64,000 nt of DNA from Psychrobacter sp. (GCA_018260445.1 JAGLBE010000010.1:40607-104606); one strand, 5' to 3'; counted from the first letter of the stretch, positions 54,000 to 63,700 are shown. Notes: a model not told the origin generated them from the sequence alone. A program made the numbers and translations.

Positions 54000-55217
54000 A
54001 TGAATTTTGCGAGAATGGAGCATCAGGATTTAACTGGTAAGACGGTATTGATTCGTGAGGATTTAAATGCACCCATACAAAAGGGTGTCATAACCAACGA
54101 TGCTAGGTTACAAGCCTGCTTGCCTACCATTCAGATGGCGCTGGATAAAGGGGCGGCTGTAGTGATTTGCTCTCATCTTGGCCGACCTAGCGAAGGGGTG
54201 TATAGTGATGAGTATTCGTTGCAACCTATTGCTGACTATTTAAGCCAAAAGCTCGCTTTGCCTGTGCGCTTAAATAAAGACTATGTGACCAACAGGGTAG
54301 ACATTAAGCCCGGTGAGGTCGTATTACTAGAAAACGTGCGCTTTAACCAGGGCGAAAAGAGTAATAATGAGACGCTAGCTCAGCACTATGCCGATATGTG
54401 CGACGTATTTGTGATGGATGCGTTTGGCACAGCGCACAGAGCGCAGGCATCAACCGAAGGGGTTAGCCGAGCTGCGGCGCTTGATGGTAAAGTGGTTTGC
54501 GCCGGCCCCTTGTTGTCTGCAGAGCTAGATGCTTTGGATAAAGCGCTCACAAACCCCAAAAGCCCGTTAGTAGCCATAGTGGGCGGCTCAAAAGTGTCTA
54601 CTAAATTGGACGTATTGACCAGCTTGGCAAAAATTTGCGAGCAAATTATCGTAGGCGGCGGTATTGCCAATACGTTTATTGCCGCAAAAGGTCACTCGGT
54701 CGGCGCCTCGCTCTATGAGCCTGATATGGTAGATACCGCCCGACGGATTATGGAAGATACGCAGGTTTTATTGCCAGAATATGTATTGGTTGCCAATAAG
54801 GGTGACATTGATTTTGATAACTTTATTAACTCACTCGAAACATGCGTGCCACATCGTCGCCACATCCATAACATAGCCGATGATGAGATGATTTTGGATA
54901 TCGATGCTGATAGTGCCGCCCATATTTTTAGTGCGGTAGAGCAAGCAGCCACCATCCTATGGAATGGGCCGGTAGGGGTGTTTGAGGTCGAGGCTTTTGG
55001 TAGAGGCACGCAGCGCTTAGCCGAAGCTGTTAGCCGTAGTGAGGGTTTTTCTATTGCAGGGGGCGGCGATACCATAGCGGCGATTCATAAGTTTGGTATC
55101 GAAGACGGGGTCAGCTATATGTCCACAGGCGGCGGCGCTTTTTTAGAGTTTGTTGAGGGCAAGACGTTGCCTGCAGTTGCCGTGCTTATTGAGCACTATC
55201 CTAAGACACCGGCCTAA
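54000..55217 (+). CDS. pgk: Phosphoglycerate kinase
   Basis: It has [36 protein letters not shown] and [10 protein letters not shown] motifs. The start was moved to the ATG at 54000 (MNFARME...). Confidence 0.93.
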   Translation: MNFARMEHQDLTGKTVLIREDLNAPIQKGVITNDARLQACLPTIQMALDKGAAVVICSHLGRPSEGVYSDEYSLQPIADYLSQKLALPVRLNKDYVTNRVDIKPGEVVLLENVRFNQGEKSNNETLAQHYADMCDVFVMDAFGTAHRAQASTEGVSRAAALDGKVVCAGPLLSAELDALDKALTNPKSPLVAIVGGSKVSTKLDVLTSLAKICEQIIVGGGIANTFIAAKGHSVGASLYEPDMVDTARRIMEDTQVLLPEYVLVANKGDIDFDNFINSLETCVPHRRHIHNIADDEMILDIDADSAAHIFSAVEQAATILWNGPVGVFEVEAFGRGTQRLAEAVSRSEGFSIAGGGDTIAAIHKFGIEDGVSYMSTGGGAFLEFVEGKTLPAVAVLIEHYPKTPA

Positions 55218-55498
55218 CCTATACACGCTGTGTGCTTAGGTATCGCACTTACACTATGTCTTTAAACTTTGTAGCTTTATCTTGTAATCGTTTTGATTAA
55301 ACATTACACTGCTGGGATTATTTAATGCTTTTTTACCCTGTTAAAACATCATTGGCAGTGTTGACAAGGTCAGCGAGGCTTGACTGAGCGCTGTTCAATA
55401 CATTGTCTCAGGTAGCGGGATATGTTGTCAACAAACTAGGTCAACAGACTAGGCCTTAGTTTTTAAGAGGGTGTTACTTTATTAGAGAAGGAGTTTCT

Positions 55499-55846
55499 AT
55501 GCTAAATCGAAATGTATGGGTTGCAGGTTTTGTGGTTGCGACATTGGCAGTGACAGGATGTGATCAAAAAAAAGAGGACCCAGCAGTTACTGATAATACA
55601 GAAACTACTGTGGGTGAAACTATCACCAATCAGGTAAACGAAGCCGGTGATGCTGCTATAGAAGGCGCGCAAACTGCCGGCAATGCGGTTGCCGATGGCG
55701 CAACGGCTACTGCCGATGGCGCGGTAGATGTGGTTAGCGATGGCGCTACTGCCGCATCTCAAGGGGCTAGCGAGCTGGTGGATGGTACTAAAAATACGCT
55801 CAATCCGGCTACTGAAGTAAAAGTGCCTGCGGATCAGCAGTATTAA
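55499..55846 (+). CDS. Small lipoprotein with an Ala/Gly/Asp-rich repetitive body
   Basis: It has lipobox LAVTGC and internal repeats (ADGATATADGAVDVVSDGATAA). Confidence 0.6.
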   Translation: MLNRNVWVAGFVVATLAVTGCDQKKEDPAVTDNTETTVGETITNQVNEAGDAAIEGAQTAGNAVADGATATADGAVDVVSDGATAASQGASELVDGTKNTLNPATEVKVPADQQY

Positions 55847-55916
55847 TCATCAAAGTGTGTGGGTGAGCGATACGGTATGGCGAGGGATGTTAGCTTAGGC
55901 ATTGCTGATATCTGAA

Positions 55917-55982
55917 ATCAGATATCAGATATCAGATATCAGATATTTTTACAATTATCCAATTATCCAATTATCCAATTAG
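55917..55982. repeat. Two adjacent tandem repeats: 7 bp (atcagat) x4 and 8 bp (aattatcc) x3.5
   Basis: Read directly. Confidence 0.9.
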
Positions 55983-56054
55983 CGACTATTCGGCCAATTC
56001 GCTAAATGTCACTCGAGTCACACTTGATGTTAAAGTTATAAATTAGCTAGTTAT

Positions 56055-56093
56055 AAAAAGCAAGCCTTCGCACAAGTGACGGCTTGCTTTTTA
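56055..56093 (+). terminator. Rho-independent terminator
   Basis: The aaagcaagcc ... ggcttgcttt stem (10 bp) is followed by a T-run. Confidence 0.7.
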
Positions 56094-56219
56094 ATGAGCA
56101 GTAGTAGACTTGACTTAGTTTAAGAAGCTTAAGAGCAGATTTGCTGCCACGATTACAAACATGCATACCCATGATTTTTGCTATACTCTAGCTTAAATTT
56201 TAACGTCAGTAACACGATT

Positions 56220-56852
56220 ATGATTGGAATTATTGAAGGCCAAGTGTGCCATTTATCTGCGCCTGTGGCGTGCGTGATGACCAGCACTGGGGTTGGCTAC
56301 GAGGTCGAGTTACCGCTGCCCACGTTTTGCCATTTGCAATTGAATACACTGGCCACGTTATGGACTCACCTGCATGTGCGCGAGGATGCGCAATTACTGT
56401 ATGGTTTTTTGCGCCGAGCAGATAGAGATATGTTTCGCCAGTTGATACGCATTAATGGCGTAGGCGCAAAAATGGCGTTGGCGATGATGTCGACGATGTC
56501 CGTCAGCGAGCTTAAGCAGTGTGTTGAGGGCGATAACGAATTGGCATTAACCCGAGTACCGGGGATTGGTAAAAAAACGGCGCAGCGGCTACTTATCGAG
56601 CTTAAAGGTAAGTTTGATGCCATAGCCGACGATGGACTGGCGCTAGATGGCGTGAGTCAAATTAGGCCTGCGCCGCTATCAAGTGACGTGGTCATTCTCG
56701 CTGAAGTTGAGGCCGCTTTAATCAGCCTCGGGTATCGAGATAAAGAAGCTCAAATGGCAATTAAAGCAGCAAGATTACTTGGGGATGATACTGACAGCTT
56801 AACTATCCAAAGCTTGCTTAAAATGAGTTTGCAGCAATTATCAACTTTTTAA
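56220..56852 (+). CDS. ruvA: Holliday junction branch migration complex subunit RuvA
   Basis: It has MIGIIEGQV..., LIRINGVGAKMALAM and VPGIGKKTAQRLLIELK HhH motifs. The start was moved to the ATG at 56220. Confidence 0.9.
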   Translation: MIGIIEGQVCHLSAPVACVMTSTGVGYEVELPLPTFCHLQLNTLATLWTHLHVREDAQLLYGFLRRADRDMFRQLIRINGVGAKMALAMMSTMSVSELKQCVEGDNELALTRVPGIGKKTAQRLLIELKGKFDAIADDGLALDGVSQIRPAPLSSDVVILAEVEAALISLGYRDKEAQMAIKAARLLGDDTDSLTIQSLLKMSLQQLSTF

Positions 56853-56974
56853 TACCAAGTGTTTAAAGTTATTAGGGCGTGTGCTCATTTTAGGTATTAT
56901 CGTTTAGATTAAGGACACGCCCTAGTTAACCCGTCTTTACAATACAATTACTTAACGCCCAGGCAGTCGAGGCA

Positions 56975-58174
56975 TTATTCATTCTTTGCCAATGTATGGC
57001 GCACAAGGCGAGTCAAGCGCTCAATAAGCTGATTAGTCTCGTTGCGAGCCATGTTTAAAGGGGGTAACAAGCGGATGACGTTGCTGCCGGTCACATTGAT
57101 AATCAATTTTTCGTGATTGAGGGCATCGGTGACAAGAGTGCTACAATCGGTGCCCTCTGGCAAGACTACCCCAATCATCATGCCCTGACCACGAGTGCTA
57201 ACACCAAAGTCTTTAAGCGCATTTTGCAGCGTGGTTTGAATATACTCGCCCTCAGTGGCGGCATTATTCATAATATCGCTGTTGCTTAAAATATCATAAA
57301 CGGTATGCACCACCCGGCTACCCAGCGGCGTACCACCGTAGGTTGACCCATGGCTGCCAACGGTTAACAAGTCTTTAGCGCGTCCGCTTACCAGGCACGC
57401 TCCGATGGGAAATCCGTTACCAAGGCCTTTGGCAGTAGTTAACACATCTGGTTTGGCTTGGCTATGTTGGTAGGCAAAATATTTGCCCGTTCGGCCATTG
57501 CCCGTTTGTACCTCATCTAGCATAAATAGCCAGTCGTGTTGGTCGCACACTGCTTGCACTTGTTCAAGGTAGCCAAAACCATCTTTGGCAGTATTGAGTC
57601 CGCCTTCACCTTGAATAGGCTCTAACAATATGGCTGTGATGTCCTCATAATCTAATGCAGCCTGTTTAATAGCCGCAATATCACCAAAGGGCACTCGGAT
57701 AAAATCATCATCAAGCGTATAAAATCCAGCTTTGGCTTTAGGGTTAGCGGTCGCAGAAACGGTTAATAAAGTACGGCCATGGAACGAATTTTGCATAACA
57801 ATAACTTTAGGGTGTTTAAACTCTTTTTTAAAGCCATATAATCGTGCCATTTTTAAAGCCGCTTCGTTGGCTTCAGCACCACTATTGGCAAAGAACACGC
57901 TGTCCATGCCAGCCGCTTTACATATTGATTCGGCCGCTTTTTCTTGCCACTCAATCCGATACAAATTACTGGTATGCACTAAAGTGGCCGCTTGCTCGCT
58001 AATGGCTGTGGTAATTTTAGGATGGCAGTGCCCCAACCCACAAACGGCAATACCCGTTAGAGCATCAAGGTAAGCAGTATTATCGGCTGTATACAACCAA
58101 CTGCCTGAACCGCGCGCAAAGCTAATCGGTTGCGGGGCGTAGGTGGGCATGATATAAGAGGATTGAGTTGGCAT
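56975..58174 (-). CDS. argD: Acetylornithine (or succinylornithine) aminotransferase, class III
   Basis: It has IMPTYAPQPISFARG, NSGAEANEAALK, DEVQTGNGRTGK and TTAKGLGNGFPIG (PLP Lys) motifs. The start is at the ATG 58174 (or 58150); the ORF-track extension to 58285 runs into the MITE. Confidence 0.9.
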   Translation of the reverse strand: MPTQSSYIMPTYAPQPISFARGSGSWLYTADNTAYLDALTGIAVCGLGHCHPKITTAISEQAATLVHTSNLYRIEWQEKAAESICKAAGMDSVFFANSGAEANEAALKMARLYGFKKEFKHPKVIVMQNSFHGRTLLTVSATANPKAKAGFYTLDDDFIRVPFGDIAAIKQAALDYEDITAILLEPIQGEGGLNTAKDGFGYLEQVQAVCDQHDWLFMLDEVQTGNGRTGKYFAYQHSQAKPDVLTTAKGLGNGFPIGACLVSGRAKDLLTVGSHGSTYGGTPLGSRVVHTVYDILSNSDIMNNAATEGEYIQTTLQNALKDFGVSTRGQGMMIGVVLPEGTDCSTLVTDALNHEKLIINVTGSNVIRLLPPLNMARNETNQLIERLTRLVRHTLAKNE

Positions 58175-58268
58175 TAGGTGTCCTATAAAGCAAAAATAAA
58201 AGAGATTAAATGAGTGTTGTCTACGTTGTCGTGACTGAGAGGGAATACTGTCATAGTTATTAAAGTAG

Positions 58269-58410
58269 TTACTGAACTTACGCATATCAAGCAGATACGA
58301 CGACTGGCAATCCTTTTTAAATCGTCTAAAGCGTGATCGTAGCCGCTCTAAAAATAATCACCAGTCGTCTATTACAGTGGTAAATTATATTTTTGCGTAA
58401 GTTCAGGTAA
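58269..58410. mobile_element. Palindromic MITE-like element, copy B
   Basis: It has TIRs ctgaacttacgca ... tgcgtaagttcag flanked by TA, and an internal gacgactggcaat / tcaccagtcgtc pairing. Long blocks are shared with copy A (acttacgcata, gacgactggcaatc, aatcgtcta). Confidence 0.75.
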
Positions 58411-58422
58411 TTATAAAAATAG

Positions 58423-58614
58423 CTATATAAACTGCTCTGAGAAAGGGGCGTCATCGGCAGGCATGCGATAGTCTTCATTGGCCCAAGCGCCTAAGTCAAT
58501 CAGTTTACAGCGCTTGCTGCAAAAGGGTTTAAAGGCATTGTCCTGCCATGGGGCGGGTTTTTGACAAGTGGGGCAAGGGTATACCTTAACGGGTGGGGGA
58601 TTGCTAGTTGTCAT
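58423..58614 (-). CDS. yacG: DNA gyrase inhibitor YacG (zinc finger)
   Basis: 63 aa. It has CPTC ... FCSKRC plus [15 protein letters not shown]. Confidence 0.88.
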   Translation of the reverse strand: MTTSNPPPVKVYPCPTCQKPAPWQDNAFKPFCSKRCKLIDLGAWANEDYRMPADDAPFSEQFI

Positions 58615-59297
58615 GTCAGGGCTACTCTTGAAATATTTAACCTATTATAGTGGGTTTACGAATACGATGCGACTATCGGCATAACCTATTAGATAGGGTT
58701 ATAATTATAGCGGGTGTTAACTTTTATGGCTATTGGACTTTGAAACCCAAGTCAAAAAAACCAAAAAAAACTCAACCACAGTGGTCGAATAGGCTATATT
58801 TGAGCGTTTTGTGTCTCGGATTAAGCTAGAGAGAGTTCTAGTTTTGGCGAGTAATAGCCCAGTTAAGATAACATTACTCATGCTTATAATAACACTAGAA
58901 CCATATGACAACTAGCGAGTCAAAAGTAGAAGGTACCCAGAACAAGTTTGTGCCCCATTTTAAGATAAAATAGGCACAAGGTAGCGAAAATTTTGCAAAA
59001 TTGCAGGCGTAAAACCTGTTAATTAGCAGACTGATTTTGATAATTGGTCAGCTTCGACATACAAAATGTTGCACTATTAAATTCCGATATCGTAAATAGC
59101 GATTAGACCTATTAAAATCGCTATTGTAAACGAATAACTTGTAGGTTTAATACCCGTTTGAATCAACATGATTTATTTGTCTTCTGTAAAGTGACGTCAG
59201 GTAAAGCGACATCACCATCAAGCGACCTAATAATGACAAACTAAAATATGACAGTACCCTATTACCCTGATTGCCAGTAAACAGACGGAGGCGTTTA

Positions 59298-59765
59298 ATG
59301 CTAGAGGCACCCTTTAATATCAAGCAACTGCTGCCCAGTCATCAGTGGTCTGTGGGTTTACGCTGGGTAGCAAAACCTATGTTATTGCCACGCTTGGGGG
59401 GCGTATATATCTTGTTGATGCATTTGCAAGAGTCAACGCACATTATCCTACCTAAGTTAGGGGCGACTACCCTTAAGTCAGGCTACTATTTTTATGTGGG
59501 TAGCGCCAATGGTGTCGCAGGGTTGGCTATCAAGGTAAGCAGACACTGGCTTAATAAGCAAGACGCAGGGCAAAAAACAACAGTTGATTATTTGCGTGAA
59601 CACATGACGATGCAAGGGGCTTGGGTCATCCCCGATACGGCACATACAACTTTAGCCTGTGATGTGGCTTCAGCCTTTAGCCAGTCAAAATGCGAGGTGA
59701 TAAAAGATTCAAATGGCGGCGACTGTCATTGCGACAGCCATATCTTTTATATCGAGGATAAATAA
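59298..59765 (+). CDS. DUF123 / COG1833 Uri (GIY-YIG) superfamily endonuclease-like protein
   Basis: GVYILLMHL, GYYFYVGSANGVAGLAIKVSRH, VDYL and GGDCHCDSHIFY parallel the DUF123 blocks (GIY-like, YVGSA..GL..R..RH, HWHIDYL, SDC.C..HLF). The ATG at 59298 follows a GGAGG RBS. The usual HWH is replaced by TTV. Confidence 0.6.
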   Translation: MLEAPFNIKQLLPSHQWSVGLRWVAKPMLLPRLGGVYILLMHLQESTHIILPKLGATTLKSGYYFYVGSANGVAGLAIKVSRHWLNKQDAGQKTTVDYLREHMTMQGAWVIPDTAHTTLACDVASAFSQSKCEVIKDSNGGDCHCDSHIFYIEDK

Positions 59766-59833
59766 GTTACACAACCAGTAAGACATAAATTAGCAGGGTA
59801 TGCTATTTCGGTTAGCCATCTACCTATCAATAT

Positions 59834-59885
59834 AAACTATCCATACAAACTATCCATACAAACTATCCATACAAACTATCCATAT
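59834..59885. repeat. Tandem repeat, 13 bp x4 (aaactatccatac)
   Basis: Read directly. Confidence 0.95.
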
Positions 59886-59975
59886 AAACGAGAAACGTGT
59901 CATTTTATAACTGAACTTATAACTGGATGCCAAAGGCGAATACGGCGTTAACACCTATAAAAATCACGTTGTCTT

Positions 59976-61547
59976 CTAGCGCAGCGCAACAAATTTACTA
60001 AGCGTGTCATACGTATTCGTGCGAGCATCAAGCACCGTTAAAAAAGTATAAGCACCAATAAATTTGCGACTGATAAACATAAATTCTTTAGGCGGCAAGC
60101 TAAACTCTAAAGATTGCATGGCGCTGCCAGAGAGTTCCATAATTCTTTTGTGTAAATTGCTGCTTGACCAGCGATAATAACCCTCAGCATCTACATGGCT
60201 ATTTGCCCCTTGCTCCGCCAAATTAGGGTCTCTAAAGGGCTCGGTTGCCAGCAGAAAAACATCTGCCAAATTGGATTTGACCGGCTCGCTCATTTTATCA
60301 AAAAAATCATAGCCACGCATAGAGTGCATCATCTGCGCTTTATTATGATGAAACCCTGCCAAAATTAAACCGCGCGCAATGGTTAATAAGTGAGCGTCAA
60401 ATTGCCGCATCGCCCCAAAGTCTAATAAAATCAGTTTGTCTATTGCTACGTTTGGGGCAATGTCTGTGCCTAACGTCGTATCATGGGCATCCGCTGGTTG
60501 CAGTACTGGTTGTAGTATAGGACGAATAAGATAGTTGCCAAAGTTAGGGTCGGTTTGCATCTCACCCCACACAAAAATCTCATTAAGCATAATATCAATC
60601 GTGGCTTGACCCAGCGCATCACGGCGCTGTTGCGAGAGTTTTTTTAAGTCCAAGTTGGTGACGGGAACACCCGCCTCATAACTCATACACAACAGACGCT
60701 CGCTAGAATAAGCGTCGACAATTTCGGGCACAATATAACGATTGTCTGTTTGTAGACGAGCATGAAAACGTTTTGTGGTGGCCGCTTCGGCGACGTAATC
60801 TACCTCAACCTGCAGCAAATCTTGGATTTCATTAAACCAGTCATCAAGCGCTTTGGTTTGTGGTACCGCATTGGTCACCTTAAGCAGACGTTTAAACAGG
60901 CTTAAGTCAGATTCAATAGCGTCAGCAACCCCTGGGTATTGAATTTTTAACACCACTTGCTGCTGAGTGGCTTTAATAGTGGCTCGGTGGACTTGAGCCA
61001 ACGAAGCGGTACCAATAGGGGTGGTTTCTACCTCTAGCTCGTCAAGTTTTGCCCCAAGCTGACGGCGCAGATTTGGCTCAACCACTGACCAAGGGAGGCT
61101 TGCGGTATTGTCATTAAGCCGCTGTAGGGCAGTGGTAATCTCGGGGGGTAAAAAATGCTCCCCATATAACGCCAGCATTTGCCCCACCTTGACCACAGAG
61201 CCTTTTAGCTTACCGAGTTCATCAACCAAATAAGTGGCTTGTTCCTCCATAAACGCCTGATTGCGCGCCAACTTGGCCTCTTTACTCAAAAAAAGCCCCC
61301 CCATACTGTTGCCCGCCCAACGTCTACCAATATTTAAAGAAGTTTTAGCAATAGACAACCTACGATCTAAACGCGAGGTTTTAAGCGACTCAATCTCATT
61401 GAGTGGCAACTTTTGAGCGGCTACAACAGCGTCGGCCTGGGCGTCAGGCAAGATAGATGAGTGGGATTCATGAGTCGAATGAGACGAATCGGACGCATTA
61501 GACAAACGAGTGTCTTTATTGTCTGAAGTAGGATGGGGGTTTGCCAT
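59976..61547 (-). CDS. ABC1/UbiB/AarF atypical kinase family protein
   Basis: It has VKVGQMLA, the ASLAQVHRA ... VVLKIQYPG lysine motif, and MQTDPNFGNYL / LLDFG kinase-like motifs. The start is at the ATG 61547; the longer ORF overlaps the purD 3' end. Confidence 0.85.
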   Translation of the reverse strand: MANPHPTSDNKDTRLSNASDSSHSTHESHSSILPDAQADAVVAAQKLPLNEIESLKTSRLDRRLSIAKTSLNIGRRWAGNSMGGLFLSKEAKLARNQAFMEEQATYLVDELGKLKGSVVKVGQMLALYGEHFLPPEITTALQRLNDNTASLPWSVVEPNLRRQLGAKLDELEVETTPIGTASLAQVHRATIKATQQQVVLKIQYPGVADAIESDLSLFKRLLKVTNAVPQTKALDDWFNEIQDLLQVEVDYVAEAATTKRFHARLQTDNRYIVPEIVDAYSSERLLCMSYEAGVPVTNLDLKKLSQQRRDALGQATIDIMLNEIFVWGEMQTDPNFGNYLIRPILQPVLQPADAHDTTLGTDIAPNVAIDKLILLDFGAMRQFDAHLLTIARGLILAGFHHNKAQMMHSMRGYDFFDKMSEPVKSNLADVFLLATEPFRDPNLAEQGANSHVDAEGYYRWSSSNLHKRIMELSGSAMQSLEFSLPPKEFMFISRKFIGAYTFLTVLDARTNTYDTLSKFVALR

Positions 61548-61635
61548 GGTTAGCCTATGTAAAATATGCAAAGGTAATGAATGTAACTTGAGCAAAAAAG
61601 CGGCATCGTCTGCAATACAACAAATAACCAGCAGG

Positions 61636-62928
61636 TTATAACGACTCACGGGCAATAGCTTGATAGCCAATATCTCGTCGGTACTGCGCCCCATCAAAGC
61701 GAATAGCGGCGATACACTCAAGGGCAGATTGCTGCGCTGCAAAAATGCTATCCCCCAGCGCCGTTACACACAACACACGGCCACCGTTAGTCAAGATATG
61801 CTCATCTTTTAACTTGGTGCCCGCATGAAACACTTTTAGGGTAGCGCAATTAGCCGCATCACTGGGTGGCAATCCTGTAATGATGTCGCCTTTAGAAGAG
61901 GATTCAGGATAGCCTGCTGAGGCGAGTACAATACCTAGGGCGGCACGGTTATCCCACTTAGCGTCAGTAGGAAGGTTGCCGCTGATACCCTGTACGATTA
62001 ACTTGACTAAGGAAGATTGCAAGCGCATCAAAATAGGCTGGGTTTCAGGGTCACCAAAGCGGCAATTAAACTCAATCACATACGGGTCTTGGTTGGCGTC
62101 AATCATCAATCCCGCGTATAAAAAACCGGTATAGGGATGACCTGCTTGTTGCATAGCACTAACAACCGGTGCAATCACTTGGGTCATCACTTTTTGATAG
62201 ACCACATCGGTGACCACAGGCGCAGGGGAGTATGCCCCCATGCCGCCTGTATTGGGGCCCGTGTCCGCCTCCCCGATACGTTTATGATCCTGACTGGTGG
62301 CCATAGGCAAAATATTTTTGCCATCTATCATGCAGATAAAGCTTGCCTCTTCACCTTGCAAAAATTGTTCGATAACCACCCGGTGTCCGGCGTCACCAAA
62401 CTTATTATCCGATAGCATATCTACAATCGCCGCCTGTGCCTGCGCAAGCGTCTCGGCAACAATCACCCCTTTACCCGCGGCCAGTCCATCCGCTTTAATC
62501 ACAATAGGCATGCTTTGCTTGTCCACATAAGCACATGCCGCTTCAACCTCGGTAAAGGCTTGGTACTGAGCGGTGGGAATATGATGGGCGACCATGAACT
62601 CTTTGGCAAAGGTTTTAGAACCCTCAAGCTGGGCGCAGTATTTGGTCGGGCCCCAGATAGCGATGCCAGCATTGCGGCAATCATCCACCAGCCCTGCCAC
62701 CAAGGGCGCCTCTGGGCCAACAATAACCAGTGCGATATGATTTTGTTGACAAAAGGCAATCACCGCAGCATGGTCGTTCGAATCTAAATCAATATTTTGA
62801 CATTTGGCTTCTTGTGCTGTGCCTGCATTGCCGTTGGCTACAAACACGGTACTCACGTCATCATCTTTAGCACACTGCCACGCCATAGCATGTTCACGGC
62901 CGCCTGAACCAATAATTAAAATATGCAT
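61636..62928 (-). CDS. purD: Phosphoribosylamine-glycine ligase
   Basis: 430 aa. It has MHILIIGSGGREHAMAW, an ATP-grasp core and GPNTGGMGAYSP. Confidence 0.94.
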   Translation of the reverse strand: MHILIIGSGGREHAMAWQCAKDDDVSTVFVANGNAGTAQEAKCQNIDLDSNDHAAVIAFCQQNHIALVIVGPEAPLVAGLVDDCRNAGIAIWGPTKYCAQLEGSKTFAKEFMVAHHIPTAQYQAFTEVEAACAYVDKQSMPIVIKADGLAAGKGVIVAETLAQAQAAIVDMLSDNKFGDAGHRVVIEQFLQGEEASFICMIDGKNILPMATSQDHKRIGEADTGPNTGGMGAYSPAPVVTDVVYQKVMTQVIAPVVSAMQQAGHPYTGFLYAGLMIDANQDPYVIEFNCRFGDPETQPILMRLQSSLVKLIVQGISGNLPTDAKWDNRAALGIVLASAGYPESSSKGDIITGLPPSDAANCATLKVFHAGTKLKDEHILTNGGRVLCVTALGDSIFAAQQSALECIAAIRFDGAQYRRDIGYQAIARESL

Positions 62929-63290
62929 AGTTTTCCTATTAGTCGCTTTTTTTCATTATCTTACTAGTTGTCTAATTGGTTGTCTGGTCAATTGGCGGGT
63001 TGCTAAACTCTTAATGCGCCGCTTTGCCGCTTTCAGCTTTACCGCTTTGCCACTTTAATGATATTTAGTTTAATCAATCTTTAGCGGTCTATTCTAGCAA
63101 ATTAAGCGCCATATAAGCAGGCTGATAGGTCAAACAAAGTAGCTTGACATTAGCCGTTTAAATGACAAGTAAACCTAGCAACCCATGCATTTATCTTAGT
63201 AAACCTTCGCCAAAACCGTACTGATTTGCGACGTTTAATGCCCTAAAACAGTCTATAATAAGCCGTATTTCTTTAAAACTCGAGGGTATT

Positions 63291-63497
63291 ATGCCTAAAT
63301 TTGTCATTTTAATCGGTATTATTTTAGTGATTGGCGGTTTGGTTTGGATGTTTTTCCCCAATGCGTTTTCTTGGTTTGGTAAATTGCCAGGCGATATCCG
63401 TTATCAGTCCAATAATACTCGAATCTATTTTCCCATTGTTACGATGATAATTGTTAGCATCGTCGTGAGTATTTTACTCAATGTGTTTCGCCGTTAG
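63291..63497 (+). CDS. DUF2905 family small membrane protein
   Basis: 68 aa with two TM helices and the GKLPGDI motif. Confidence 0.75.
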   Translation: MPKFVILIGIILVIGGLVWMFFPNAFSWFGKLPGDIRYQSNNTRIYFPIVTMIIVSIVVSILLNVFRR

Positions 63498-63627
63498 GCG
63501 CATAACGGTATAGCAAAGCATAGCATCCGCCGCTCGCTTGTTCTAATATCGGGTTAGTTTTTACCCAATTAGGCTGTATTGTTCAGCTTGATTGCACCCG
63601 TATGATTAATAATATACAAACCCTATC

Positions 63628-63665
63628 AAAAAGCCTAGACAGAGGCTACTGTCTAGGCTTTTTTG
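63628..63665. terminator. Bidirectional rho-independent terminator between convergent genes
   Basis: The aagcctagacag ... ctgtctaggctt stem (12 bp) is flanked by A- and T-runs. Confidence 0.75.
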
Positions 63666-63700
63666 GGTTTTGATATTGGGCCAATTAGTTACTTAATTAG

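Noticed and set aside
58717-58911. 64-aa minus-strand ORF in the yacG / DUF123 intergenic pocket
   Set aside because: It has no RBS and low-complexity hydrophobic/Ser composition in AT-rich DNA. It is probably non-coding.
61548-61742. 65-codon N-terminal extension of the ABC1 kinase ORF
   Set aside because: It overlaps the 3' end of purD in another frame. The conserved protein begins plausibly at MANPHPTS (ATG at 61547).
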